Part shown: in pieces, positions 22,667 to 32,838 of the stretch | Layout: each line of letters begins with the position of its first letter | Numbering within the stretch: the stretch's first letter is position 1 | NCBI GenBank assembly: GCA_902599045.1 | Contig: CACKEA010000001.1 | Location: 204,985 to 268,984 of the forward strand | Direction: 5' to 3' | DNA: 64,000 nucleotides | Origin: an uncultured Alphaproteobacteria bacterium | GTDB lineage: Bacteria; Pseudomonadota; Alphaproteobacteria; HIMB59 | The notes under the pieces: generated by a model | What the model saw: the letters and a program-made list of their open reading frames with translations, nothing else | The model's database searches: none | What the model was told of the DNA's origin: nothing | Program-made: the position numbers and the translations under genes

Positions 22667-23700
22667 AGCCTTGATATCTTTAGTAATATTATTCGTAATT
22701 TCATATTTAATTTTCATCTTTCCGTTTGATATTCTATCATCTTGGTTGGGTTACCCTTCAAAGTTACATGAGTCATTACTCGCAACCTCAGTAGTTTTTA
22801 CGCTTTGTCTATATTATTTTAGATCCAAAAGTACAAATAAAATAATAAAGTTTTTTTGTATATGAAGGATTTGGAATTGGAACAGTATCCTTTTTTATTA
22901 TCTTACCTCTAGTAGCACTCAGTTATTTTCAAATTTTAATTAACTACCAATTAGTAATTATTTTTTTCTTTATACAAATACCAGCAATTATCTATGGGTA
23001 TATGAATTCTAAAAAATTGAAGATAAAAAAATTATTATTCGAGTCAAAACTTATTAATAAAAGTATTAAATTTGTATTTATTAGTGATGTTCATATAGGC
23101 TCAAATCATCCCTCCTCATTAAAAAAATTAGTATCTAAAATTAACTTACTCGACTTTAATTTCTTGGTGATCGGGGGGGATTTAATTGACAGTAGTGCCT
23201 TTCAAATCAATGATATTTATGAACTAAAAAAAATAGAAAAGCCTATATTCTTTGTCACCGGAAATCATGAATACTATATTCAAAATCATAAAGAACATCT
23301 TCAGGATTTAAAATCAGTTGGAATAAAAATTTTAGAGAATGAGTCATTGCAATTAGACGGAATAAATATGATAGGACTCTCTGACAATATTACAAATAAA
23401 TCAAAAATTGAGTATGTTGAGAAACTCTCACAAAAAGATTTATTCAATCTTTTAATAGTTCATAAACCATCTATTTGGAAAAAAGTATCTAATAATGCTA
23501 ATTTAATGCTCTCAGGGCACACTCATAATGGACAAATTTTCCCTTTTAATTTTGTTGTAAAACTTCAATTTCCTCAAAATTATGGTCTGTATAAAAATAA
23601 AAAAAATCATTTGTACGTAAGCTCTGGATCAGCTACTTGGGGTCCGAAAATTAGGATAGGCTCCAATAATGAAATTATTCAAATAGAATTAAAAAACTAA
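22641..23700 (+). pseudogene. Membrane-anchored metallophosphoesterase, split by a 1-nt frameshift in a T7 run (22851-22857)
   Basis: Removing one T joins ...KIIKFF to VYEGFGIG... and the open frame into ISDVHIG, GGDLID, VTGNHE, SGHTHNGQ; may be an assembly error. Confidence 0.75.
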
Positions 23701-23730
23701 TAATTTCTTTATTGGATAAAAATTTACATT

Positions 23731-24234
23731 ATGTATGCTTTTTGTATGAGAATTATACTTATATATTTTTCACTAATCGGAGCTTTATTTGCTGATAGCC
23801 ATATTTTAGAACAAGAAAATTTTGAAGCTTGGCAATTTACATGTGTAGAAGAGCAACAACAAAAAATTTGTGATTTAAGAGAGTTAGTATTTGACCCAAA
23901 TTCAGAAGAAGTTGTTAGTTATTTATCAATAACTATTAATCCTGATAATTTAACTCAGATGCAAATAGCCTTTCCTCATGCAGTAAATTTAAAAAGCCCA
24001 GTCTCATTACAAATAGATGAAAAAGATCCTTTAGAATTAAATTATGCTTTTTGTAATCAAAGTGCCTGTTTTGTTGCAGAAATAATTGGAGAAAATTTTG
24101 TTAATTTTTTTAAAGCTGGAAATCAAATAAATATAAAAATATTACTGCTTGATAATAGAGAAGCCACTATAACATATTCACTGTCTGGGTTTACAGCCGG
24201 TTATAATAAATTATCGTCTTCTATAATTAATTAG
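23731..24234 (+). CDS. Invasion-associated locus B (IalB) family protein
   Basis: Signal peptide, W...C and C...AC, SL.GFTA C-terminal motif. Confidence 0.78.
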   Translation: MYAFCMRIILIYFSLIGALFADSHILEQENFEAWQFTCVEEQQQKICDLRELVFDPNSEEVVSYLSITINPDNLTQMQIAFPHAVNLKSPVSLQIDEKDPLELNYAFCNQSACFVAEIIGENFVNFFKAGNQINIKILLLDNREATITYSLSGFTAGYNKLSSSIIN

Positions 24235-25765
24235 AACTATTAAATTTAATTTTATTTTTAATTAGCATTAAACAAATCAAAGAAGGGACAACCATTAGAG
24301 CTGTTATAATAAAGAATAATCCCCAGTCACCACCCAATCCATCTACTAGAGCTCCTGAGGAGGATGCCAATAGAGTCCTTCCTGCTGTTCCAACAGATGC
24401 TAATAAGGCATACTGTGTAGCAGTAAAACTGCGATCAACTAATAAGGAAATAAATGCAACAAAAGCAACTGTTGCAAATGCAGCTGCTAAGTCATCCAAT
24501 ATAACTGCAAAAGCAAAGAGGGATTTTGATGGACCTACCCAGGCGAGAATAGAGAATAAAATGTTTGTGGCAGCCATTGCAATACCTGCGATTATTAATG
24601 TTTTAAAAATACCTGATCTCATGGCGATAGCTCCCCCGATTAGAGTAAATACAATGGTCGTAATCCAACCTAATGCTTTTGAAAAAATAGCAATATCACC
24701 CTTTGAAAAGCCTATTTCTTTGTAAAATACTAAACTCATTCTTCCTAAAAAAGCTTCACCAATTTTAAATAAAAATACAAAAGCAAGAATAGCTATGCTT
24801 ATTTTTACACCATTAATGTTAAAAAAACTATTTAAAGGGTTTGCTACTACATTATTTAAATAGTACAGGGTTTGTGAAATAGGATTATCTTCACCAAATT
24901 TTTGTATGTAAAACGAGAAAAGGTAAAATGTTCCACCTAAAATAACAAATGTTAATCCCCCATTCGTAAACCAAATTTTTTCAAAGAACTTTCCAGTTAA
25001 AAAGCATATAACCCCTATAGAGGCAAATAAATATCCTGCATTTCTAACACTATTAACATTTGAATTTGAAGTATCTGTATTTGTAATATCTTGAAATCTC
25101 TCCTTATTAGACTCGGGAATAAAGGTTAAACCTACATTACATAGAACTATAATGGCCATTAAAAAAATAAATGTAACTTGCCAATATTGTTCCACACCTG
25201 ATATTTCAAGTCTTTCAGCTATTTCAAGACAAATAAACCCTCCAAGCTTAAAACCAGTCCACCATCCTACAACAGCCATTGCTGCACCTGCAGCCATGCT
25301 TGAAGTTTCATCTTTTTTTATTTGTTCAATTCTCAGAGCATCAATTGTTATATCTTGAGTTGCAGATGAAATAGCAATAGCCAATCCTACTCCAATAATT
25401 AAGGCTAAGTTTTGAGTTGGCTCTAAAGCGCTCCATATAATTAGACAAATTAAAATGACAGTTTGCATCAACATTATTATTGATTTTCTGTGACCCAATT
25501 TATTAGTTAAAAAAGGAAGTCTTAATCGATCAATTATTGGAGCCCATAAAAAATTGAAAGCATATACACCAAAAATAAGCCCAGCCCAACCAATTGTGCT
25601 TCTACTTAGGCCCTCTTCTTTTAGCCATAAAGAAAGCGCACTTGCGATTAATACCCAGGGAAAACCACTTATAATACCTAAAAGAAGAATTCGTATCATT
25701 CTTCTGTCGTAATATGCACCAAACAATGATTTTAATTTATTAGAATCTAATGAAACAGAACTCAT
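24227..25765 (-). CDS. ampG: AmpG-like muropeptide MFS permease
   Basis: SGFPWVLI, KFLWAP-like FNFLWAPIIDR, SATQDI.IDA.RIE, TATQYALL. Confidence 0.88.
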   Translation of the reverse strand: MSSVSLDSNKLKSLFGAYYDRRMIRILLLGIISGFPWVLIASALSLWLKEEGLSRSTIGWAGLIFGVYAFNFLWAPIIDRLRLPFLTNKLGHRKSIIMLMQTVILICLIIWSALEPTQNLALIIGVGLAIAISSATQDITIDALRIEQIKKDETSSMAAGAAMAVVGWWTGFKLGGFICLEIAERLEISGVEQYWQVTFIFLMAIIVLCNVGLTFIPESNKERFQDITNTDTSNSNVNSVRNAGYLFASIGVICFLTGKFFEKIWFTNGGLTFVILGGTFYLFSFYIQKFGEDNPISQTLYYLNNVVANPLNSFFNINGVKISIAILAFVFLFKIGEAFLGRMSLVFYKEIGFSKGDIAIFSKALGWITTIVFTLIGGAIAMRSGIFKTLIIAGIAMAATNILFSILAWVGPSKSLFAFAVILDDLAAAFATVAFVAFISLLVDRSFTATQYALLASVGTAGRTLLASSSGALVDGLGGDWGLFFIITALMVVPSLICLMLIKNKIKFNSSN

Positions 25766-25802
25766 AAATTACATGATATTGAAAATTGTAGGGATGAAAA
25801 CT

Positions 25803-26321
25803 TTAATCGCTAAGAGAACTAAGCCATTTTATTAAATCTGCCCTATCTTGGTCTTTTTTAATACCGTTATAATTCATTTTGGTACCTGCAATGTATTTTT
25901 TTGGTTTTAATAAAAATTTATTTAGTTCTTCAACATTCCAATCACCACCAAACTCTACCAAAGCACCTGAATATGCAAAACCATCCATAGACCCTTTTGA
26001 CCTATTTACTATACCCCACATTGCGGGACCTACTTTATTCTCTCCACCTTTTACTTGCGTATGACAAGAAGCACACTTTTTAAAAATCTTTTCACCGTTT
26101 TCCATATTTGCAGAGGCAAGCATAGGTGTTATTTCGGGGAGAACTTCAAAAATATCTACTTCTTCTTTAATTTCAGAAGAGATACCTCCTTCAGGGACTT
26201 CAATTTTATAAGCTAATTCATCTGGAAACTCTGGGTGAATAGCCATATCAGCAACTTTTGAGAATACAGCAGCGAGTAGGAGGGCAAGAATTATTGCCCC
26301 TAGAATTTTATTAGTTTCCAT
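25803..26321 (-). CDS. Membrane-anchored cytochrome c (CycM-like)
   Basis: CASCH heme motif, GTKM axial Met, N-terminal TM helix. Confidence 0.93.
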   Translation of the reverse strand: METNKILGAIILALLLAAVFSKVADMAIHPEFPDELAYKIEVPEGGISSEIKEEVDIFEVLPEITPMLASANMENGEKIFKKCASCHTQVKGGENKVGPAMWGIVNRSKGSMDGFAYSGALVEFGGDWNVEELNKFLLKPKKYIAGTKMNYNGIKKDQDRADLIKWLSSLSD

Positions 26322-26381
26322 ATTAAAAAGAGAAGTCTATGTTTAAAAATATACCACTTAAAACGGATATTTGTCGCATTA

Positions 26382-27101
26382 ATGAATGATACTTTAGTTA
26401 TTATACCCATAAGATTAAAGGCATCTAGATTCCCAAATAAGCCTTTTGCTCAAATTGGAGACTTACCAATGCTCCATTATGTATATAATCGTGTATCAGC
26501 TTTCACTGAAAATTTATACTTAGCTATATGTGACCAAGAGGTAAAAAATTACTGTCAAAAAATGGATCTTAAACATGTTATAACCGATCCTGATCATTTA
26601 TCTGGAAGTGACCGCATTGGAGAGGCGCTAAAAAAAATAGAGAAAGATATTAAATTTAAGTATGTCATCAATGTCCAAGGAGATATGCCATTTATTACTG
26701 AAAATCATGTAAACTTATTAAAAGAAAGACTGTTACAATTTCAAATAAGCACTTTAGCTTGTCCATTCATAAACTTAGATGAAGCTAATAATAATTCAAA
26801 AGTAAAAGTCTTGATTGATAAAAAAAATTGCGCTTTAGATTTTTCTAGAGTTTTAAATAACGAATTAAAAGTTAATGAAGATATCTTTCATCATATTGGG
26901 GTCTATGGATACCATAAGCAATTTTTATATGATTTTATATCTTTACATCCAACTAAAAGAGAGCTTGATGAGAAACTTGAACAACTTCGTATTATTGAAA
27001 CCAATAAAATTGGAATTTCTATTGTAAAAGAAGAAATTTTGGGAGTTGATACAAAAGAGGATTTAGATAGAGTAAATCGTTTAATTTTTAATGATGAATA
27101 A
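26382..27101 (+). CDS. kdsB: 3-deoxy-manno-octulosonate cytidylyltransferase
   Basis: IP.RL.ASRFP.KP, SGSDR, NVQGD, HIGVYGY, EKLEQLR. Confidence 0.93.
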   Translation: MNDTLVIIPIRLKASRFPNKPFAQIGDLPMLHYVYNRVSAFTENLYLAICDQEVKNYCQKMDLKHVITDPDHLSGSDRIGEALKKIEKDIKFKYVINVQGDMPFITENHVNLLKERLLQFQISTLACPFINLDEANNNSKVKVLIDKKNCALDFSRVLNNELKVNEDIFHHIGVYGYHKQFLYDFISLHPTKRELDEKLEQLRIIETNKIGISIVKEEILGVDTKEDLDRVNRLIFNDE

Positions 27102-27933
27102 AAAAATATCTTTCCAAGGGGTAGAGGGAGCTTACAGTCATTTAGCTGTTCAAGAGTTTTTTCCTGGAGCAGAGCCATTACCTTGTAAAACATTTGAAAT
27201 TGCTTTGAATGAAGCTGAGTTAGGAAATGTCGATTACGCTATGATCCCTATCGAGAATTCTGCTGCAGGCAGAGTAGCTGATATCCACCGACTAATACCC
27301 AAATCTAATTTGCATATTAACTTTGAACATTTTCAAAAGGTTGAACATAAGCTTTTAATTCATCCAGATAGTAAAATAGAAAATATTAAAAATATAATTA
27401 GTCATGAACAAGCCTTGGCGCAATGTAGTGATAAAATTCAAAAATTGGACTTAGATATTTTAATCGGTGCTGATACAGCTGGTTCAGCAAAAAAAATCTT
27501 TGATGAAAAAATATATGATACCGCTGCGATTGCTTCAAGTTTGGCAGGTAATATCTATGGCTTAAAGGTAATTGATGAAAATTTTGCAAACTCCACAAAT
27601 AATATTACAAGATTTTACGTAATGTCTAAAAATGAAAACTTGAAATTTGATGAGAACAAGACTTATATATCATCTTTTTTATTTTCTGTTAAAAATACAC
27701 CAGGTTCTCTATTTAAAGTGATGGGAGGATTTGCAACTAATAATGTCAATATGATAAAATTAGAAAGTTACAACTATGGAGCCGATTTTGTAATTACACA
27801 ATTTTATTGTGAAATTGAAGGACATCCTGACCAAGAAAATACTAAGTTTGCGCTTGATGATATGGATCATTACTGTTCAAAAGTTAGAAAATTAGGAGTT
27901 TTTGAAAAATCTCCTTATCGAGTAAGACAATAA
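27091..27933 (+). CDS. pheA: Prephenate dehydratase
   Basis: QG..GAYS, PIENSAAG, SHEQALAQC, NITRF, ACT domain KLES. Confidence 0.93.
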   Translation: MMNKKISFQGVEGAYSHLAVQEFFPGAEPLPCKTFEIALNEAELGNVDYAMIPIENSAAGRVADIHRLIPKSNLHINFEHFQKVEHKLLIHPDSKIENIKNIISHEQALAQCSDKIQKLDLDILIGADTAGSAKKIFDEKIYDTAAIASSLAGNIYGLKVIDENFANSTNNITRFYVMSKNENLKFDENKTYISSFLFSVKNTPGSLFKVMGGFATNNVNMIKLESYNYGADFVITQFYCEIEGHPDQENTKFALDDMDHYCSKVRKLGVFEKSPYRVRQ

Positions 27934-27969
27934 CTTCATATTTCTATCTAATACTGTTATAAGATAATT

Positions 27970-28060
27970 TGAGAATTACATGGGCAACTTTTTATGCCAA
28001 TCCGGTCAGGTTCGAAAGAAAGCAGCCGTAACATAAGAGGTTGGGTCGTGTAATTCTCCT
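27970..28060 (+). ncRNA. ffs: Signal recognition particle RNA (4.5S)
   Basis: CAGG-TTC-GAAA-GAA-AGCAGC domain IV motif; closing stem GAGAATTACA/TGTAATTCTC; directly upstream of dnaX. Confidence 0.92.
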
Positions 28061-28071
28061 TTGAACCTGTA

Positions 28072-29676
28072 ATGAAACATCAATCAAATATCCTTGCATT
28101 AAAATATAGACCTTCAAATTTTCAAGACCTTATCGGCCAAGAGTATTTGGTTGAGACCATACAAAAATCTATAGAACAGAATAAGACACCAAATGCTTAT
28201 ATTTTTACTGGTATCCGAGGAGTGGGCAAAACCACAACTGCAAGAATAGTAGCAAAAATGTTGAACTGCACTGTATTTGATAAAAATAATAAACCTGATT
28301 TGACTAATTGTGAACAAGCTAAAGCTATCACTGAAGATAGACACCCAGATGTAATAGAGATTGATGCTGCTTCAAACACAAGTGTTGAAAATGCCAGAGA
28401 GATTATTGAAAACGTAAAATATAATCCTGTATTAGGAAAATATAAAGTTTACATAGTCGATGAAGTGCACATGCTATCTAAAAGTGCATTCAATGCACTT
28501 CTCAAAACACTTGAAGAACCACCTCCTCACTCAAAATTTATATTTGCAACAACTGAGATATCTAAAGTACCAATTACAATTCTATCAAGGTGTCAAAGAT
28601 TTGATTTAAGACGTGTTGATAAGAAAACCTTATATAATTTTCTTATAAATATTTCTAAAAAGGAAGACATTTCTATTTCTAACGATGCATTAAATATAAT
28701 TGTTAAAGCTAGCGATGGTTCCGTCAGGGACTCATTAAGCATATTAGATCAAGCCAATATTTTTAAATCACAAAAGGAAATACAAGTTGAAGAAATAGTC
28801 AATATGTTAGGTTTCGCAAAGCAAAGTGATTTATATGAGTTAACAAAATTTGTTCTTGATAATGATCTTTCTAAATTAATATCAATGCTTGATGAAATGT
28901 ATCAAAGAGGCTCGGAGACAACCAAAGTTATTGAAGACTTAATGAATATAATAAACTGGTCTTGTAAATTAAAAATTAACAACAAGCTCTTAAATGATGA
29001 GTTTTTAACAGAAGAAGACAAGAATTTTGCTTCGTATGTTCTTCAATTTGATCAAGGTAAATTAAATATTTTTTGGCAAAGTTTAATGAAAGGTTACGAT
29101 GAAATTAAAATTTCTCCTCAACCTCACACAACATTAGAAATGGTACTTCTTAGGTGTGCATTTTTATTACATGATAACCAACAAATAGACTCAGAAGAAA
29201 AAAAAAAGCCTGAAATAAATCAAAATACAAATCCAGCCTCACCTAATCTTGATCAAGTAATTCAAAATAAAGTTAATCAAGTATCCAATTTACCCCTAAA
29301 AGATAAAATAGATCTGCACCAACATTTTTTTCAATTTTATGGGAAAAACTTCTCTCCATTAATGGCTGGAATTATAATAGAAAATTGTGAAATAATTGAA
29401 TTTTCTGAGGAAAATAAAATATTAAGAATAAATGTTATTGATGAAAATTTTAATGGAGGTGAGGAGTTATATAGAAATTTGAAAAATGAATACACACTTG
29501 AAGTTATTGTAAAAAAAGAAATTGTAACCCTAGAAGAAATTAAGTCTTTATATAAAAAAGAATTAATTGATCAAGAAATGGAAACCGAGGAATTTAAAAA
29601 AGTTCTTGCTAAATTTCCTAATGCAAAGATTATAGATATAGAAGAAATAGAAAGAGGTGATGACAATGATGGGTAA
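28072..29676 (+). CDS. dnaX: DNA polymerase III subunit gamma/tau
   Basis: LKYRP, GIRGVGKTT, EIDAAS, DEVHMLS, SRCQRF. Confidence 0.97.
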   Translation: MKHQSNILALKYRPSNFQDLIGQEYLVETIQKSIEQNKTPNAYIFTGIRGVGKTTTARIVAKMLNCTVFDKNNKPDLTNCEQAKAITEDRHPDVIEIDAASNTSVENAREIIENVKYNPVLGKYKVYIVDEVHMLSKSAFNALLKTLEEPPPHSKFIFATTEISKVPITILSRCQRFDLRRVDKKTLYNFLINISKKEDISISNDALNIIVKASDGSVRDSLSILDQANIFKSQKEIQVEEIVNMLGFAKQSDLYELTKFVLDNDLSKLISMLDEMYQRGSETTKVIEDLMNIINWSCKLKINNKLLNDEFLTEEDKNFASYVLQFDQGKLNIFWQSLMKGYDEIKISPQPHTTLEMVLLRCAFLLHDNQQIDSEEKKKPEINQNTNPASPNLDQVIQNKVNQVSNLPLKDKIDLHQHFFQFYGKNFSPLMAGIIIENCEIIEFSEENKILRINVIDENFNGGEELYRNLKNEYTLEVIVKKEIVTLEEIKSLYKKELIDQEMETEEFKKVLAKFPNAKIIDIEEIERGDDNDG

Positions 29677-29992
29677 TATGGGCGGCATGATGAAAAAAGT
29701 TCAGGAAATGCAAACGAAAATGCAAGAAATGCAAAAAGAATTAGAAACAAAAACTGTTGAAGCAGAGGCTGGTGCCGGAATGGTTAAAGTTACGATGAAT
29801 GGAAAACAAATAGTTCAATCTATTGACATAGATCCATCCTTACTATCATCAGATGAAAAAGAAGTCTTAGAAGATTTGATCAAAGCAGCATTGAATCAAG
29901 CTAAAGAAAAAGTCGAAGAAATGTCAGCTGAAGAAATGAAGAAAATTACTGGAGGAATACCCCTTCCACCAGGTATGAAGATGCCATTTTAA
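29657..29992 (+). CDS. ybaB: YbaB/EbfC nucleoid-associated protein
   Basis: AGAGMVKV, LEDLI.AA; between dnaX and recR; true start may be one of the next Mets. Confidence 0.93.
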   Translation: MMTMMGNMGGMMKKVQEMQTKMQEMQKELETKTVEAEAGAGMVKVTMNGKQIVQSIDIDPSLLSSDEKEVLEDLIKAALNQAKEKVEEMSAEEMKKITGGIPLPPGMKMPF

Positions 29993-29993
29993 A

Positions 29994-30590
29994 TTGTCTC
30001 AAGACGAACTTCAAAAATTAATTAATCTCATTTCAAGGTTACCGGGAATTGGTCAGCGCTCCGCACAAAGAATTGCATTATATTTAATTAAAAATAAGCA
30101 AGAACTCATGCTGCCCTTAGCTGAAAGCGTAAAAGATACTGCATCAGCAGTAAAAAAATGTACCAACTGTGGAATTTTAGATGTAATCACCCCTTGTAAG
30201 ATCTGCTCATCAGAAAATAGATTTAAAACAACTATCTGTATTGTTGAAGACATGGCCGATGTATGGGCATTTGAAAGATCAGGATATCACAAAGGCCTTT
30301 ATCATGTCATTGGAGGGCTTTTATCAGCTTCAAAGAATTTCACAGAACAGGATTTAAATTTAAATAAACTCAAAGAAAGAATTATAAATGATCAAGTACA
30401 AGAAATCATTCTAGCACTTAGTGCCACCATTGAGGGGCAAACTACTGCCTTAGTTATAAAGGACAAACTAGAAAGTCAAAATATTAAAATTACCCAACTA
30501 GCATATGGTGTTCCTGTAGGAAGTGAAATCCATTATTTAGATGACAATACTTTAGGAGCAGCATTAGAGTCTCGTAAAAACTTAGGTTAA
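29994..30590 (+). CDS. recR: Recombination mediator RecR
   Basis: LPGIG..SA.R, C..C...C..C zinc finger, YHV.GG, TOPRIM EG. Confidence 0.95.
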   Translation: MSQDELQKLINLISRLPGIGQRSAQRIALYLIKNKQELMLPLAESVKDTASAVKKCTNCGILDVITPCKICSSENRFKTTICIVEDMADVWAFERSGYHKGLYHVIGGLLSASKNFTEQDLNLNKLKERIINDQVQEIILALSATIEGQTTALVIKDKLESQNIKITQLAYGVPVGSEIHYLDDNTLGAALESRKNLG

Positions 30591-30665
30591 ATTATCTAGA
30601 GCTAAACTAATAAACTTTGATTTATTGTCTCTAATAACTTTATAAATTAAACTATATTTAATGCT

Positions 30666-31178
30666 ATGTTGAAGCTCATTTATGCACCTGATCCAATATT
30701 AAAAAAAGAGAGTGTGTCTATACCTCAAGTAGACGATCACCACAGAGAATTAATAAAACAAATGTATGAAGTTATGTATTCTGCAAATGGTGTAGGTTTA
30801 GCTGCTCCACAGATAGGTTTAAATATTAGAATATTTGTCCTCGATGCCGGTTCCAGAGATGAAGAAAAAAAACCTATTACAATTATAAATCCAAAAATTA
30901 TTTCATTAGAAAAAAATACAGTACCATATGAGGAAGGATGTTTATCTTTCCCAGAACATTTTGCAGATATTGATCGTCCTGAAAATATCAAGATAGAATA
31001 TCTAGATGAAAATAATTCTAAAAAATCCTCTTCGTTTAAAGGTTTTGAGTCAAGAATTATACAACATGAATTAGATCACTTGAATGGTATTTTATTTGTT
31101 GACCATTTAAGTCGTTTAAAGAGAGATGTCATTATAAGGAAGATGAGAAAGTATAAAAAAGAAAAAGAATTAATCTAA
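30666..31178 (+). CDS. def: Peptide deformylase
   Basis: GVGLAAPQ, EGCLS, QHELDH. Confidence 0.97.
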   Translation: MLKLIYAPDPILKKESVSIPQVDDHHRELIKQMYEVMYSANGVGLAAPQIGLNIRIFVLDAGSRDEEKKPITIINPKIISLEKNTVPYEEGCLSFPEHFADIDRPENIKIEYLDENNSKKSSSFKGFESRIIQHELDHLNGILFVDHLSRLKRDVIIRKMRKYKKEKELI

Positions 31179-32108
31179 ATGAAAAAACAACGCATTGTTT
31201 ATTTTGGCTCACCAGAATTTTCCCTTCCTCCTTTAAAGACACTTTACCTTGGCGGTTATGAAATAGTTGGAATTTACACTCAAGATCCAAAAAAAAAATT
31301 TAGAGGGCAAAAAAAATATAATACTCCAGTACAACAATGGGCAGAGAGTCAACTTCTTCCCGTTTTTACCCCCGAAAAACTCGATGATACATCTCTAAAA
31401 GATTTTAAATCGTTAAAGCCGGACGCTGCAATACTTTTTGCTTATGGAAAAATAGTTCCATTAAATTGGCTAAATACACCTTTACATGGCTTTATTAATA
31501 TACATGCCTCACTCCTTCCAAAGTGGAGAGGGGCAGCGCCTGTTCAAAGGGCTATTGAAAACAATGATAAAAAAACAGGTATTAGTATTATGAAAATGAA
31601 TGATCAAATAGATGAAGGCCCAATATTAGCCCAGCAGGACATTGAAATAAAGAATACTACTGATGGAAAGCAATTAATTGATCAAATTAGTTATGAGTCT
31701 TGCTCGTTATTATTTAACACACTAAAAAAATACTTCCTCGGTCAAGTGTCATTAAAAGAGCAAGATCATTCACTATCTACATACGCAAAAAAAATAAATA
31801 AAACTGAAACACAAGTAGATTGGGGGTTATCAGCAAATATAATTGAAAAAAAAATAAGAGCTTTTTACCCATCACCAGCAATGTGGTTTATACATAAAGG
31901 TCACAGATACAAAATTTTGAAAGCTAAAATTTCAAATAAACAGGACGTAGAGGGAAAAATAATTAATTTACCTCTTACCGTAGCATGTAGTGAGCAAAGT
32001 TTAGATATTTTAGAAATTCAAGCCGAAGGAAAGAAGCCATTAAATATTAAAGAATTTGTTTTAGGCAATAATCAATTTCAATTAAATGAAAAAATTAATA
32101 ATGGCTAA
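31179..32108 (+). CDS. fmt: Methionyl-tRNA formyltransferase
   Basis: FGSPEF, NIHASLLP.WRGAAP, D.GP. Confidence 0.96.
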   Translation: MKKQRIVYFGSPEFSLPPLKTLYLGGYEIVGIYTQDPKKKFRGQKKYNTPVQQWAESQLLPVFTPEKLDDTSLKDFKSLKPDAAILFAYGKIVPLNWLNTPLHGFINIHASLLPKWRGAAPVQRAIENNDKKTGISIMKMNDQIDEGPILAQQDIEIKNTTDGKQLIDQISYESCSLLFNTLKKYFLGQVSLKEQDHSLSTYAKKINKTETQVDWGLSANIIEKKIRAFYPSPAMWFIHKGHRYKILKAKISNKQDVEGKIINLPLTVACSEQSLDILEIQAEGKKPLNIKEFVLGNNQFQLNEKINNG

Positions 32109-32838
32109 TATAAAACTTACAATTGAATATCATGGTTTGCCATATTGTGGTTGGCAATTTCAGAAAAATGAAAAAACTATTCAAGGTGAAATAGAAAAGG
32201 CAATATTCAAATTTTCTGGTGAGAAAAAAACAATACAAGGTGCTGGGCGGACAGATGCTGGAGTTCATGCTATTGGACAATGTGCTAGTTTCGAGTTAGA
32301 TAAAAAATTTGATGATTACCAAATTTTAAATGGAATTAATTTTCATCTTGGCACTGAAAAGATCAGGATCACAAAAGTTGAAAATGTAGATGATGAATTT
32401 AATGCACGTTTTACTGCGAAAAGAAAAATTTATAATTACCAAGTATTTAATAGTTTAGCACCATCAGTAATTGAAAATGACTTTAGCATACATGTTCGAC
32501 AACCTTTAGATTTAGACTCAATGAGAAAAGCAATTAGGTTTTTATTAGGAAAACATGATTTTTCTTCATTTAGGGCACAAGGTTGTCAAGCTAACAAACC
32601 AATTAGAACCATTGATGAAGCTTCAATTGATATCGTAGATCAAAAAATAATTTTTATATTTAAAGCTCAGTCTTTTCTTTATCAACAGATTAGAATAATG
32701 GTTGGATCTTTATTAGAAGTAGGTTCAAAAAATAAAGATATAAATTGGATAAGTGAATTAATTGACGCTAAAGATAGAAGACTTGCTGGACCAACCGTTC
32801 CCTCAAAAGGATTGATTTTAAAGGAGATTAGCTATTAA
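32101..32838 (+). CDS. truA: tRNA pseudouridine(38-40) synthase
   Basis: GWQ.Q, GAGRTDAGVHA, HDFSSF, SFLYQQIR; ATG 32101. Confidence 0.96.
   Translation: MANIKLTIEYHGLPYCGWQFQKNEKTIQGEIEKAIFKFSGEKKTIQGAGRTDAGVHAIGQCASFELDKKFDDYQILNGINFHLGTEKIRITKVENVDDEFNARFTAKRKIYNYQVFNSLAPSVIENDFSIHVRQPLDLDSMRKAIRFLLGKHDFSSFRAQGCQANKPIRTIDEASIDIVDQKIIFIFKAQSFLYQQIRIMVGSLLEVGSKNKDINWISELIDAKDRRLAGPTVPSKGLILKEISY

Noticed and set aside
31289-31298. A10 run in fmt (also 33355-33364 in the glycosyltransferase)
   Set aside because: In-frame poly-Lys in an AT-rich genome with no functional truncation logic; recorded as a caveat for the dnaX site
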